NCBI GenBank assembly: GCA_965217895.1
Contig: CBDCJV010000002.1
Location: forward strand, 1,024,001 to 1,088,000
DNA length: 64,000 nt
Source: Waterburya sp.
GTDB lineage: Bacteria; Cyanobacteriota; Cyanobacteriia; Cyanobacteriales; Xenococcaceae
Reading direction: 5' to 3'
In this document: one piece after another, positions 1 through 10,098 of the stretch
How positions within the stretch are numbered: the stretch's first letter is position 1
Layout: each line of letters opens with the position of its first letter
Translations under genes and position numbers: made by a program
Notes under the pieces: model-generated
Databases searched by the model: none
What the model saw: only the letters and a program-made list of their open reading frames with translations
What the model was told of the DNA's origin: nothing

Positions 1-1
1 A

Positions 2-133
2 AAGGTTCTGCAAGAAAATCGTCACATTCTTGATCGCTTAGCTGAAATGCTAATTGAGAAAGAAACAGTAGAAGCAGATGAACTACAGGATGTTTTATCT
101 AACAATGATGTAAAAATGGCATCTTTAGCTTAA
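2..133 (+). CDS. ftsH: 3' end of ATP-dependent zinc metalloprotease FtsH (partial, runs off window start)
   Basis: Manual translation KVLQENRHILDRLAEMLIEKETVEADELQDVLSNNDVKMASLA*, a typical cyanobacterial FtsH C-terminus. Confidence 0.85.
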   Translation, partial: KVLQENRHILDRLAEMLIEKETVEADELQDVLSNNDVKMASLA

Positions 134-163
134 GTTCAATAATTCTATAAATTTAATCCAATA

Positions 164-196
164 GGCAGTACTCATTACCTGAGTGCTGCTTTTTTG
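164..196 (+). terminator. Rho-independent terminator after ftsH
   Basis: Hairpin gcagtactca-ttacc-tgagtgctgc followed by a T run. Confidence 0.75.
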
Positions 197-214
197 TTTT
201 CTATTGTGAATCTA

Positions 215-430
215 ATACCATTTTAAATTTATATGAAATACTTAAATGTTTGCTACAGATAAATAAAGTACACACAGCCAATAATTTCTTCTGCCCTCTG
301 CCTTACAAGACCTATTTGTAGCATTCTTTTTTCTATTTCATATTACAACATGACACATCGTTTTCTGTAGGGGCGAACGGGCCGTTCGCCCTTACAATTA
401 ATCTGTAGCGGATACAATTTAATTTGGTAT
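215..430. mobile_element. MITE with internal REP-like palindrome and a nested ~113-bp element
   Basis: Ends atacca../..tggtat. Near-identical to 40651-40751 apart from an extra segment 231-343, which is bounded by atatgaaata/tatttcatat. Confidence 0.8.
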
Positions 431-1474
431 CAATTGGTTGAGTATTTGTAAAAGCTTTTGATTTTGAGCGTCGGTGCCAACGGTAATACGCAGCTTATCG
501 TCTAATCCAGGCAAGTTGAAATAGCGAACTAGAATGTTTTGTTGCTTTAAAGATTGATAGATTGTTTCGGCTCGATTATTTGGGGGAGTAACTAATAAGA
601 AGTTGCCTTGAGAATCTCTTACTTCAAAACCAATTTGTTTTAGATCTGTGGCTAATAAAGAACGCGATCGCTTTACTTTGGCTACACAAGCATCTTTATA
701 CTCCTGATCTTCCATTGCTGCTGCACCGACTAAAATAGCAACAGCATCAACGTTATAGCTATCTTTAACTTTAAATAAGCCTGATAGTAACTTGGGGTTG
801 GCAATGCCAAAACCCAGGCGTAAACCCGCTAGGGAATAGCCTTTAGAAAGGGTGCGTAGGATAATTACGTTAGCAAATTCTTGAACCAAAGATAGTGCCG
901 AACGCTCAGCAAAATCTACATAAGCTTCATCTATAGCTAATACACCCGATAGTCTACTAGCCAGTTGGCGTAAATCATCTAACGGGACAAGATGACCAGA
1001 AGGACTATTCGGAGTTGCAATTAGAGTGAGCGCACCAGCAGCAGCAGCTAGTTCTTCAATTGGTAGTTGATAATCTTCGGCATAAGGCACTTCTACTACA
1101 TCTGCGGGCTGGATTGCTGCCAACGTGCGGTAAAGTACATAGGAAGGCATAGGATATACTACCTTGCGTTCTTTCCCCTCAGCACAGGCGCGGATCAGAA
1201 TGTTCAAAAGATCGTCGCTACCATTGGTCACAATAATCCAGTCTTCAGGTACTTCTAAAGCTGTACTAACTGCATGGCAAAAATCTTTAGAGTAAGGATC
1301 GGGGTAACGACGCAACCATTCACTATCTAGATTGCGTAATACTTCTATCGCTTTTGGTGACGGGGGATAGGGATTTTCATTAGTATTCAGCTTAATAACT
1401 GACGTGCCTGGTTTGGGCTGTTCTCCAGGGGTGTAGCCCTGCATCGAGGCGATCGCCCGACGAAAATAGTCCAT
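419..1474 (-). CDS. hisC: Histidinol-phosphate aminotransferase
   Basis: KLNTNENPYPPSP, NGSD, DEAYVDF and RTLSKGYSLAGLRLG motifs. Confidence 0.9.
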   Translation of the reverse strand: MDYFRRAIASMQGYTPGEQPKPGTSVIKLNTNENPYPPSPKAIEVLRNLDSEWLRRYPDPYSKDFCHAVSTALEVPEDWIIVTNGSDDLLNILIRACAEGKERKVVYPMPSYVLYRTLAAIQPADVVEVPYAEDYQLPIEELAAAAGALTLIATPNSPSGHLVPLDDLRQLASRLSGVLAIDEAYVDFAERSALSLVQEFANVIILRTLSKGYSLAGLRLGFGIANPKLLSGLFKVKDSYNVDAVAILVGAAAMEDQEYKDACVAKVKRSRSLLATDLKQIGFEVRDSQGNFLLVTPPNNRAETIYQSLKQQNILVRYFNLPGLDDKLRITVGTDAQNQKLLQILNQLIPN

Positions 1475-3123
1475 TACTTAAGCCTTCCTGAACGGATGAT
1501 ACTCGCAATTAACCATAGTCCCAGAAAACTAGCTACTGCAAAAAGAACATTACTCAAAATAGAGACTTGAGTAGTAGATGAGCCTGTAGAGATAATGGCT
1601 GCACCCATAATGAGAGAGCCAACCAAAATACTAAAGGAAAGACGATTAGCCGAATCTTTAATGCTTAAAGATAAAGTGTCTAGCTGACGGAGATTAATAT
1701 TCCATTGCAGCGTTTCTGAAGTGATGCGATCTAACAATAATTCTACCATTCGCGGCGATCGCAATGAAAGGCTCTTAAAATCTAAGCCAATCCGTAATAA
1801 TGTCTCAACGGGTCTTTCTCCTAATAGTTGGCGACGAAACACATCTGCCACTAAAGGTCTAATTTGATCGAGCAGATTTACTTGGGGATAAAAACCCCTG
1901 GCTACTCCTTCTAAGTTAGCTAGAGTTTTGGCATACAGTCCCATGTTGCTAGGCAGACGAATTTTATTATTGCGAGATACCTGTAAAACCTCATAAATTA
2001 CTTCGCTAAAATTGATCTCGGAAATGCTGCGGTTATAGTATTTACGCAGCATCTTGTCGTAGTCATTAGTTAAATTCTTTAAGTTTACCTGCTGACCACC
2101 TTCGGCTAGTTCTAAGGTTAATTGACTACAGCGACGACCATCGAGATCGACAATTGCCAACAGCATTTCTGTCAAAATCTGCTGGGTTCGCGGATCTAAG
2201 CGACCAACCATGCCACAGTCAAGAATCGCCAAGCGACCATCCTGAAGATAAAATAAATTGCCTGGATGAGGATCGGCATGAAAAAATCCGTCTACATATA
2301 CCTGTTTAAAAAAAGCTCGAAACAAAAGAGTGGTTATTTCACTGCGCTGGCTATCTTCATCTTTGCCATCTTTTATTTGAGGTAAACGAGCTTCTAAAAT
2401 TGGCACGCCATCTAACCATTCGATAGTCAATAACCTAGTGCTGGTCAAATCGTCATATACCTGGGGAATAACTAACTGGCTCGAATCAAACCATTTGCTG
2501 TCAGTCAGATTTTTGCGTAACTGATCGGTATATTTAGCCTCGGTGGTGAAGTCTAATTCAGCCGTTATAGCATTACTAAATTCTTCTGCTAAACCAACAA
2601 TATCAAAATTTTTACCAAATTCCGTTAGGGAAGCCAATTCCGCCAGGCTTTTGATTAGAGAAATATCTCTAGCAACTACTGCCTCAATGCCAGGACGCTG
2701 CACCTTAAGAGCTACCTGTTGACCAGTAACTAATACGGCGCGATATACCTGACCAATTGAACCTGCGGCGATCGCATTACGGTCAATATCATTAAATACA
2801 GTTTCTAATGGTTGAGAGAGTTCTTTTCTAATTAAAGCTTCTACCTGTGACCAAGGCACGGGAGGAACGTTAGTTTGCAGGTCGGTCAAAGTGTCTACGT
2901 AGCGTCCAGGCAAAAGATCTGGGCGAGTCGAAAGCAACTGACCAAGCTTGACGTATACAGGTCCTAATTCAATCAGAATGTTGCGCAGAACCTCTGGAGA
3001 AGGCAGACGAGGTTCATCTGACTTATTACCAGTTAATAAACCCCGCGCATAATCCCAACCGTTACGCAAGACTACTTCAGCAATTTCTCTTTGGCGAGAG
3101 GTGTTTTTGGTTAAAGCAAACAT
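1474..3123 (-). CDS. AarF/ABC1/UbiB family atypical kinase
   Basis: LGPVYVKLGQLLSTRPD, AAGSIGQVY, VALKVQRP, FFHADPHPGN motifs; C-terminal TM helices. Confidence 0.92.
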   Translation of the reverse strand: MFALTKNTSRQREIAEVVLRNGWDYARGLLTGNKSDEPRLPSPEVLRNILIELGPVYVKLGQLLSTRPDLLPGRYVDTLTDLQTNVPPVPWSQVEALIRKELSQPLETVFNDIDRNAIAAGSIGQVYRAVLVTGQQVALKVQRPGIEAVVARDISLIKSLAELASLTEFGKNFDIVGLAEEFSNAITAELDFTTEAKYTDQLRKNLTDSKWFDSSQLVIPQVYDDLTSTRLLTIEWLDGVPILEARLPQIKDGKDEDSQRSEITTLLFRAFFKQVYVDGFFHADPHPGNLFYLQDGRLAILDCGMVGRLDPRTQQILTEMLLAIVDLDGRRCSQLTLELAEGGQQVNLKNLTNDYDKMLRKYYNRSISEINFSEVIYEVLQVSRNNKIRLPSNMGLYAKTLANLEGVARGFYPQVNLLDQIRPLVADVFRRQLLGERPVETLLRIGLDFKSLSLRSPRMVELLLDRITSETLQWNINLRQLDTLSLSIKDSANRLSFSILVGSLIMGAAIISTGSSTTQVSILSNVLFAVASFLGLWLIASIIRSGRLK

Positions 3124-3993
3124 TTTTTATTATACGCTCAATGTAAATTTCGACTAGATGTGGCGACGGTCATCACACCATGATTAACGAGACCTCGCGC
3201 ATTCGTGACCTTAACTATGCGCCCTTGGAAAATAAATAACTCACCGATATAAACAGAATTAGTATGATACTGATTAAAGTCAATATAGCCTAAATCTCTG
3301 GCAATCATAAGCTAGCATCTTAGCTCAAACCAGCCTCTATGCACTGACTGGTGCTGCTTATTAAGCTTTGAAAATCGTCTTAAGCCTCTCCTTGTTAAGA
3401 CAATTTTAAGGGCGATTTTAAGGAATAGTATTTTCAGCCAACGAAATAAAAACTTTTGATGAAGTTTTTCTCTAGTTTTTTAAAGGGTCTATGAATATAT
3501 ACCTACGTAAGTAGTATAGATATTAGTATTAATATTACTTGTTTGGGAATTTTATCCCTGTGGGACGAGACTCTAGGCTTAAGGCTTAAGGACTAAACCG
3601 AGTCCTGTTTTCTGGGTTCGGTGACTCTTCCTTTGAAGGAGTAAATTTTTATTTGAGGTTCAACAAGGTAATTAGACAAAGGCGTGAGCCGCATATACGT
3701 CCTCCAAGACAACTTCGCCCTCTCTCTACCTTCAATCCTCTTTTAAAAACTAGAGCAAGCGAGCCTCAAGCCTATTAATCGGTAAATACCTCATGTTATG
3801 AAACTCAAATATACCTATGTTTAATATACCTAAAACATAAGTATATTTGCTTAATTTCATAGTCGAAAATCGTTTAGTTTTCTGCTTTGCTTTATAGCTA
3901 TCTCATACCTTATATAGATTAAGAACCAAAATTTTATTTATATATCAACTATAAAAACAGCTTAAAAGATAGTTTTAATTTAAGGAATAAAAA

Positions 3994-6665
3994 ATGAGGC
4001 TCAAAAAGCTAAATAACCAACTGCTAAATCTAGATAAGGGACTGCTTAGTCTTAATAATCGTCACTTTTTGCTCTTTGATGCAATTATTTTTTCTTTAAC
4101 TCCATTATTAGGAATAAGCCTAAGACTAGATAATTTAATGCGACTGCATGAGTATAGAAGTGGTTTAATCATTGCAACTTTCATTTTTTCTTTAATTAAG
4201 CTGATAGTCTTTACACTTGGTAGTTTTTACAAACGATATTGGAAGTATGCCAGTATCGATGAGCTAACTCAGATGACAGCTTTAACTGCATCTGCGGTCA
4301 TAATAGAGATTATTATCCTCAGTCTTTTAGAATATGTATTTGGTTTATCCAACTCTATAGCCAGGGTCAAATTTTTATGCTTAATATGGGTCAACCAGTT
4401 AAGATTGTTGACTTGGCTAAAGACTTAATTCGTCTTTCAGGATATGAAGTGGGCAAAGATATTGAAATTATCTTTACAGGATTGAGACCAGGAGAAAAAT
4501 TATTTGAAGAATTGCTGGTTGAGGGAGAAGAATATGAATCTACTAACCACGAAAAAGTGTTAGTAGTTAAAAATGCTAGTCGCATTATTCCCGAAAATCT
4601 TGAGATCAGCATTGAGGCAATGTGTAACGCAGCCAAAAACAACGATATTAATCTGATTATCTTTTTGTTGGATCGATTAGTAGTTGGCTATAACTCCAAG
4701 TATCAACGAATCAACGTCGATCTCGCTCAGGAAAACCTAGCCAAAATAATTAGTGAAGCCTGTAATCTTAATTCACTTAACCTGAGTTTACAGACAAAGT
4801 TAAACCCTCGTCTAAGTTTACCCAGTTCTGGCTCTTCAAGCCGTTTGACCGAAAAAGAGCTAGAACGAGGTCTAAAACGAGCATTAGAAAATGAAGAATT
4901 TTGTCTTTGCTACCAACCAGTTATCAATTTGCAAACTGGTGAGGTGAAAGAGTTTGAGGCTTTGTTGCGCTGGAATCATCCTCAATTAGGATTGATTCCA
5001 CCCCAAAAATTTATTGCCATAGCAGCAGAATATGGAATTTTAATGCCGATACAACACTGGATTATCGAAACGGTTTGTCAAAAGTTAAAGCAATGGCAGC
5101 AAGATAGTAGTCTAAATCCCCAAGTTGCCATTAGTATTAATCTGCCCAATCAACAGCTATTCCAAGCAAGCTTGGTTAAAAATTTACAGTACAACCTGGA
5201 AAAATATTGGGTCGATTCTAAATTGATTGCGTTGGAAATATCAGAACACTTACTAAGAGAAAGTCCCCAAATTGCGATCGCAATTTTGCCTCAGCTAAAG
5301 CATTTAGGTATTCAACTGCAAATTGATAACTTTGGTCGCGTAGCTTCTAAGTGGTCAAGCAAAATTAATTACACTGGTAAATAGAAAGTCAAAACGAGAG
5401 TGAAAAGAGTGCATTTAGAGGGAAAACTGAGTTCAGAAACAGTCAAAATATTATGGCGATTGTATCGTCAACACCGCGATTAGAGATGCTTTCTGACCGA
5501 AAGCCTCTCTCGCGGCCAAAGTAAAAACTATCAAGTAAGAGCTAGAGCGCACTGTATATTGCTGATCGACTCAAGATACGAGCTGGAAGAACTAATTGAA
5601 ATCTTTGGAGTTAGCCGAAAAACAATATACAACTGGAAAAATAACTGGTCAAAGTACAAATTAGTAGGTTTGTATAATCGGCTTGGAAGAGGAAGAAAAG
5701 AAATTTTTAGTACGCCACAAAAACAGCAGATTAAAAAGTGGGTTACACAAAATCCGAAAAACCTTAAGCAGGTAATTGAAAAAATCAGAGAAGAATGGGG
5801 AATAGTTGCTAGCAAAGACACAGTTAAAAGAATTCTAAAATGTCTGGCAATGAAATGGAAGAGAGTGAGAAAAGTAACCAATGGGCAACCAGACAAAAAG
5901 ATGTACGAAGTCAAAAAGCAAATTCTCAAAGCTTTACAAAGGTTATCACAGCAGGGAAGTATAGATTTAAGCTATTTGGACGAAACAGGATTCTGTCTCA
6001 CTCCTTATGTTCCCTACGCTTGGCAAGAAACAAAACAGCAAGTGGGAATAGATAGCAAACAAAGTAAACGACTAAATATTCTAGGTCTTTTAAATAGAGA
6101 AAACGAGTTATATTCTTACATTAGTGAAGTAGTAATTAAATTTTTGGATTTATATGTTCAACAAATCAACAAATCCACGGTAGTAGTTTTAGACAATGCC
6201 CCCATTCATCGCTCACTAGCATTTCGGAAAAAGATAGCACAATGGCGTAAGCAGAAAATGGAAATCTTTTGGTTGCCAACCTATTCTCCTCAACTGAACT
6301 TAATAGAAATTTTGTGGCGATTTATGAAATATGAATGGATCGAAGCTCAAGCTTACACAAGCTGGAAGCATTTAACTCATCACGTCGAACATATTTTGCG
6401 AGATTTCGGCGATCGCTATGTAATTAATTTTATTGACCAAGATCAATTGGCTTGGGAATTTTTTCAAGACTTAGTAGCCGATCTCGAAAACTATGGGCTA
6501 GATATTACAGTTGCGGGAATTGAAAATATACCGCAGTTAAATAAGGTCAAAAAAATTGCCTGTGACTATGGTCAAGGATATTTTTTGACACAACCTTTAA
6601 GTAGCAAAGATCTTAATAAACTTATGGAAAATGACAGTAAAGCTTTGTTTAAAAACAGCAATTAA
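3994..6665 (+). pseudogene. Disrupted CapD-like polysaccharide biosynthesis protein fused to a C-terminal EAL domain
   Basis: CapD N-terminal TM part (YKRYWKYASIDEL) is joined out of frame at ~4360-4365 to the CapD C-terminal motif GQIFMLNMGQPVKIVDLAKDLIRLSG...GLRPGEKLFEEL. The EAL domain (YQPVINL, EALLRW, IDNFG) is interrupted by IS630 at 5348 and resumes ~6431 (CDYGQGYFLTQP). Confidence 0.8.
5348..6431 (+). mobile_element. IS630-family insertion sequence, copy 1 (tip of right TIR deleted)
   Basis: Left end TAagtggtcaagcaaaattaattac; DDE motifs YLDETGF, VVLDNAPIH, LPTYSPQLNLIE; near-identical to 52176-53272 but stops after gtaattaatttt. Confidence 0.92.
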
Positions 6666-6811
6666 AAATCAGCTTGTTCTGATAGAATACTCACTACGTA
6701 TTTATACTTATTCTTTTAAAATTGAAGCAATAAAAAAAATCTGAAAATCAAATAGCTATGGCTATCTTTTTTTGCCAAAAATAACTAGATGAAACATACA
6801 GAACTATCAAC

Positions 6812-7927
6812 ATGAAAATAACTTTAGTCATCTCATCTCTTGGTTGTGGAGGTGCAGAACGTGTTTTAGTTTTACTTGCCAAAGGATTTATAGATAAGGG
6901 TCATGATGTTGCTGTAGTTACTTTTTCAGATAAAACTACAGATTTTTATCAATTACCGCCAGGATGTTCCCGTGTGGCTTTGGGAGTTATGGGTATTTCT
7001 TCTGGATTAAACGAGGCGATTAAGAACAATATTAACCGAATTAAAATCTTAAGAGAAGCTATTCAATTGACTAAACCAAATGTAGTAATTTCTTTTTTAA
7101 GAATTACCAACATTATCACCATTCTTGCTCTTGGAGGCAAAAAAATTCCTCTTATTGTTACCGAACATAATGACACAAAAGTTTTTTCCTACGGAATATT
7201 ACGGGAAACTCTACGACGTTTGACTTATCCTTATTGTTCTCTAGTTGTAAGCGTTAGTAAGGGAGTCGATCACAGTTTTGACTTGTTACCAAAAAATAAA
7301 AGAGCAGTAATTTACAATCCCATAGTTGTTAATGATAATGGGTACATTGATCGACTACCTAAAGAAGTCGATCCAGATAAAAATTGGCTTGTTGGTATGG
7401 GTAGATTAACAAACCAAAAAGGACACGATCTTTTATTGCAGGCTTTTCAGAAAGTTGCTTCCAAATATCCCCATTGGCAACTACTCATTTTGGGAAAAGG
7501 AGAGCTAAGAGATCGGCTAGAACAAATGAAGGACGATTTGGGCTTGTCGGGTCGAGTTGTTTTCACTGGCGCACTGAAAAATCCTTTCGCAGTACTCAAA
7601 AAAGCCAAACTATTTGTGATGGCTTCTCGTAATGAAGGTTTCCCGATGGCCCATGGAGAAGCATTAGCCTGCGGTTTACCTGTAATTGCGACTGATTGCC
7701 CTAGTGGACCAAGGGAAATGGTTCGTCATGAGGTAGATGGTGTTTTGGTAGATAATCATGATGTAGCAGGATTAGCTATGGCAATGGATAGTTTAATGTC
7801 TAATGAACAAAAGCGATCGCAGCTTGCCTCTAGAGCCTCAGAAGTCACTGAAAGATTTGGTCAAGACAAAATAATAGCCGAATGGGAAACTTTGATTGAA
7901 AAATTAGTTAAGGAAAAAGTGGCATGA
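6812..7927 (+). CDS. Glycosyltransferase family 4 (GT-B, PglH/PglJ-like)
   Basis: GGAERV, GRL..QKG.DLL, SRNEGFPMAHGEALACGLPVIATDCPSGP. Confidence 0.9.
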   Translation: MKITLVISSLGCGGAERVLVLLAKGFIDKGHDVAVVTFSDKTTDFYQLPPGCSRVALGVMGISSGLNEAIKNNINRIKILREAIQLTKPNVVISFLRITNIITILALGGKKIPLIVTEHNDTKVFSYGILRETLRRLTYPYCSLVVSVSKGVDHSFDLLPKNKRAVIYNPIVVNDNGYIDRLPKEVDPDKNWLVGMGRLTNQKGHDLLLQAFQKVASKYPHWQLLILGKGELRDRLEQMKDDLGLSGRVVFTGALKNPFAVLKKAKLFVMASRNEGFPMAHGEALACGLPVIATDCPSGPREMVRHEVDGVLVDNHDVAGLAMAMDSLMSNEQKRSQLASRASEVTERFGQDKIIAEWETLIEKLVKEKVA

Positions 7928-9027
7928 TCGCTAGAAAACGGATCGCCTTTTTTCTCGATGCCCTACATGGTGGTGGTGCTGAAAAAGTCGTAGTTAATCT
8001 ACTCAAAGGTTTAGCAAAACGAGACGAGTTCGATCTAGATTTAGTTTTAGCCACGCTAGAAGGTCCTTATTTAGATCAAGTACCGAAGGAAGTACGAATT
8101 GTCAATTTAAATACTGGAAGAGTAATAACCGCTATTTTACCCCTAGTGAATTACTTAAAGCAAAATCGTCCCTGGGCTTTAATTGGCAATATGGGTCATG
8201 TCAATGTAATAGCGTCAATTGCTAAAGAACTATCTCGAATCCAGACTCGATTAATTTTAGTTGAACATAATACTTTATCCGCCAACAAAAGTGATTTGAT
8301 CCGCGCTAAATTAGTGCCACCCTTAATGAGATTTCTTTTTCCTCGTGCTGATGCTGTTGTCGGAGTTTCTGTTGGTGTTGCTAGAGATTTAGAACGTCAA
8401 TTAGGACTTGGTTTGGAAACAGTCAAAGTACTCAATAATCCAGTAGTGAATGAAGATTTATTTGCTCAAAGTGAAGCTGAATTAGATCATCTTTGGTTTG
8501 TTGAAAATTCTCCTCCTGTATTTCTAGCGGTGGGCAGACTAAACCCGCAGAAAGACTTTCCCAATTTATTGAATGCTTTTGCCCAGGTAAGGAAACGAAA
8601 AACTGCTCGTCTGATTATTTTAGGGGAAGGTCAAGAGAGAAAAAAATTAGAGAAAATCATTGATGAATTATCTATTGGTGAAGATGTGCTAATGCCTGGT
8701 TTTGTCAAAAATCCTTATGCCTATATGAAACGAGCTAGTTGTTTTGTTTTATCTTCTAGGGACGAAGGACTACCTACAGTCTTGATTGAATCAATGGCTT
8801 GTGGTTGTCCTGTTGTTGCCACTGATTGTCCTAGTGGGCCAAATGAAATTCTTGATAATGGAGCTTATGGTTCTTTAGTGCATATAGAAAACTCTCAAGA
8901 GTTATCTGAAGCAATGCTTAAAACATTGGAAAACTTACTTCCAAAAGATACTCTAATAGAAAGAGCTAAAGAGTATTCAACAGACAATATAGTTGATAAG
9001 TATTTATCTTTACTTTATGCTCTTTAG
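7924..9027 (+). CDS. Glycosyltransferase family 4 (GT-B)
   Basis: GGGAEKV, VGRLNPQKDF, SRDEGLPTVLIESMACG; 4-bp overlap with the upstream gene. Confidence 0.9.
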   Translation: MIARKRIAFFLDALHGGGAEKVVVNLLKGLAKRDEFDLDLVLATLEGPYLDQVPKEVRIVNLNTGRVITAILPLVNYLKQNRPWALIGNMGHVNVIASIAKELSRIQTRLILVEHNTLSANKSDLIRAKLVPPLMRFLFPRADAVVGVSVGVARDLERQLGLGLETVKVLNNPVVNEDLFAQSEAELDHLWFVENSPPVFLAVGRLNPQKDFPNLLNAFAQVRKRKTARLIILGEGQERKKLEKIIDELSIGEDVLMPGFVKNPYAYMKRASCFVLSSRDEGLPTVLIESMACGCPVVATDCPSGPNEILDNGAYGSLVHIENSQELSEAMLKTLENLLPKDTLIERAKEYSTDNIVDKYLSLLYAL

Positions 9028-9179
9028 ATTTAACCAATTATTAGTTAGCTGATAGCCTAATAATTAGGAGAGGGCGATTATTTTTAATTTTATGATGTGA
9101 ATATTTATTTTTCAGATACTTCCAATAACCATTATAAATACAATTTTTAATACATTTATAAAAAAGAGCAATTATTATA

Positions 9180-10094
9180 ATGAAATTACCTAATTTGGTC
9201 ATTGCAGGTGCGCCTAAAGCAGGGAGTAGTTCTTTATTTTACTGGCTAGCATCTCATCCAGAAGTTTATGGCGCACCATGTAAAGAGACATTTTTTTTTA
9301 TCGATCGCGATAGCTCGTTATTACGACCAAAAGCTAATTATCATCTTCATGGTTTAGATTTATACGAATCTTTTTTTCCAGACTGTCCTGATGATGCCAA
9401 GGTTATTCTTGAGGCTACTCCTCACTATATTTACCAAAAAACGGCATTAGAATTTTTTGCCAACTGCGATCCTCAACCTCACGTAGTTTTTCTTTTGCGT
9501 AATCCAGCTAAAAGAGTTTTTTCCTCGTTTAGCTTTGCGCAAAATTATCTAAATCGCCTAGATAGCAATTTGACCTTTGAAAAAGTTACAGATTTACTGC
9601 TTGATACAACAGGGAAATTAGCAAGAGATATAGATTATGAGCCTGATAGTTTTTTCTGGGAATGGCTTAATACACAATTACCAAACAATCGCTATTACGA
9701 TTTTATTGTCCCCTGGACAGAACATTTTCCACCAGAAAAAATACACATTATTCTATTCGAGGAAATGGTCGCTAATCCCAGAGACACCCTCATGAATCTC
9801 GCCAATAGTATGGGCATTGACGCTAATTTCTATCAAGGTTTTTATTTTGAAAAAAGGACTCAAACTGTAGCAGTCAAAAATAAGTTTGCTCACGCACTGT
9901 TGCTAAAACTTGCTCCTTATTATGCGTCTGCTGGTAAGCTTAGAAGCGTTTTAAAATCTTTGTACTTCATGCTCAATAGCACCAAGCCAAAACCTGCCTC
10001 ATTAAACTCAATACAGAGATTAGATAAATATTTTCAACCGTACAATCAAAAGTTAGCCGACAAATTTAATCTCAATTTAGATTTTTGGAGATAA
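9180..10094 (+). CDS. PAPS-dependent sulfotransferase
   Basis: 5'-PSB motif IAGAPKAGSSSL, KET.FF, EATPHY, LRNPAKRVFS. Confidence 0.88.
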   Translation: MKLPNLVIAGAPKAGSSSLFYWLASHPEVYGAPCKETFFFIDRDSSLLRPKANYHLHGLDLYESFFPDCPDDAKVILEATPHYIYQKTALEFFANCDPQPHVVFLLRNPAKRVFSSFSFAQNYLNRLDSNLTFEKVTDLLLDTTGKLARDIDYEPDSFFWEWLNTQLPNNRYYDFIVPWTEHFPPEKIHIILFEEMVANPRDTLMNLANSMGIDANFYQGFYFEKRTQTVAVKNKFAHALLLKLAPYYASAGKLRSVLKSLYFMLNSTKPKPASLNSIQRLDKYFQPYNQKLADKFNLNLDFWR

Positions 10095-10098
10095 CCTT

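Noticed and set aside
3684..3732. Group II intron domain V/VI (gagccg...ctctacc)
   Set aside because: The domain V stem (gagccg.atg...gaaa...cacgtacggttc) cannot be formed.
5531..6055. Alternative-frame ORFs 5531-5929 and 5840-6055 (duplicated at 52359-52757 and 52668-52883)
   Set aside because: They are shadow frames of the transposase and recur only because the IS is duplicated.
5559..6665. 368-aa ORF as a novel natural transposase-EAL protein
   Set aside because: Comparison with IS copy 2 shows it is a deletion-made chimera that also lacks the transposase N-terminus.
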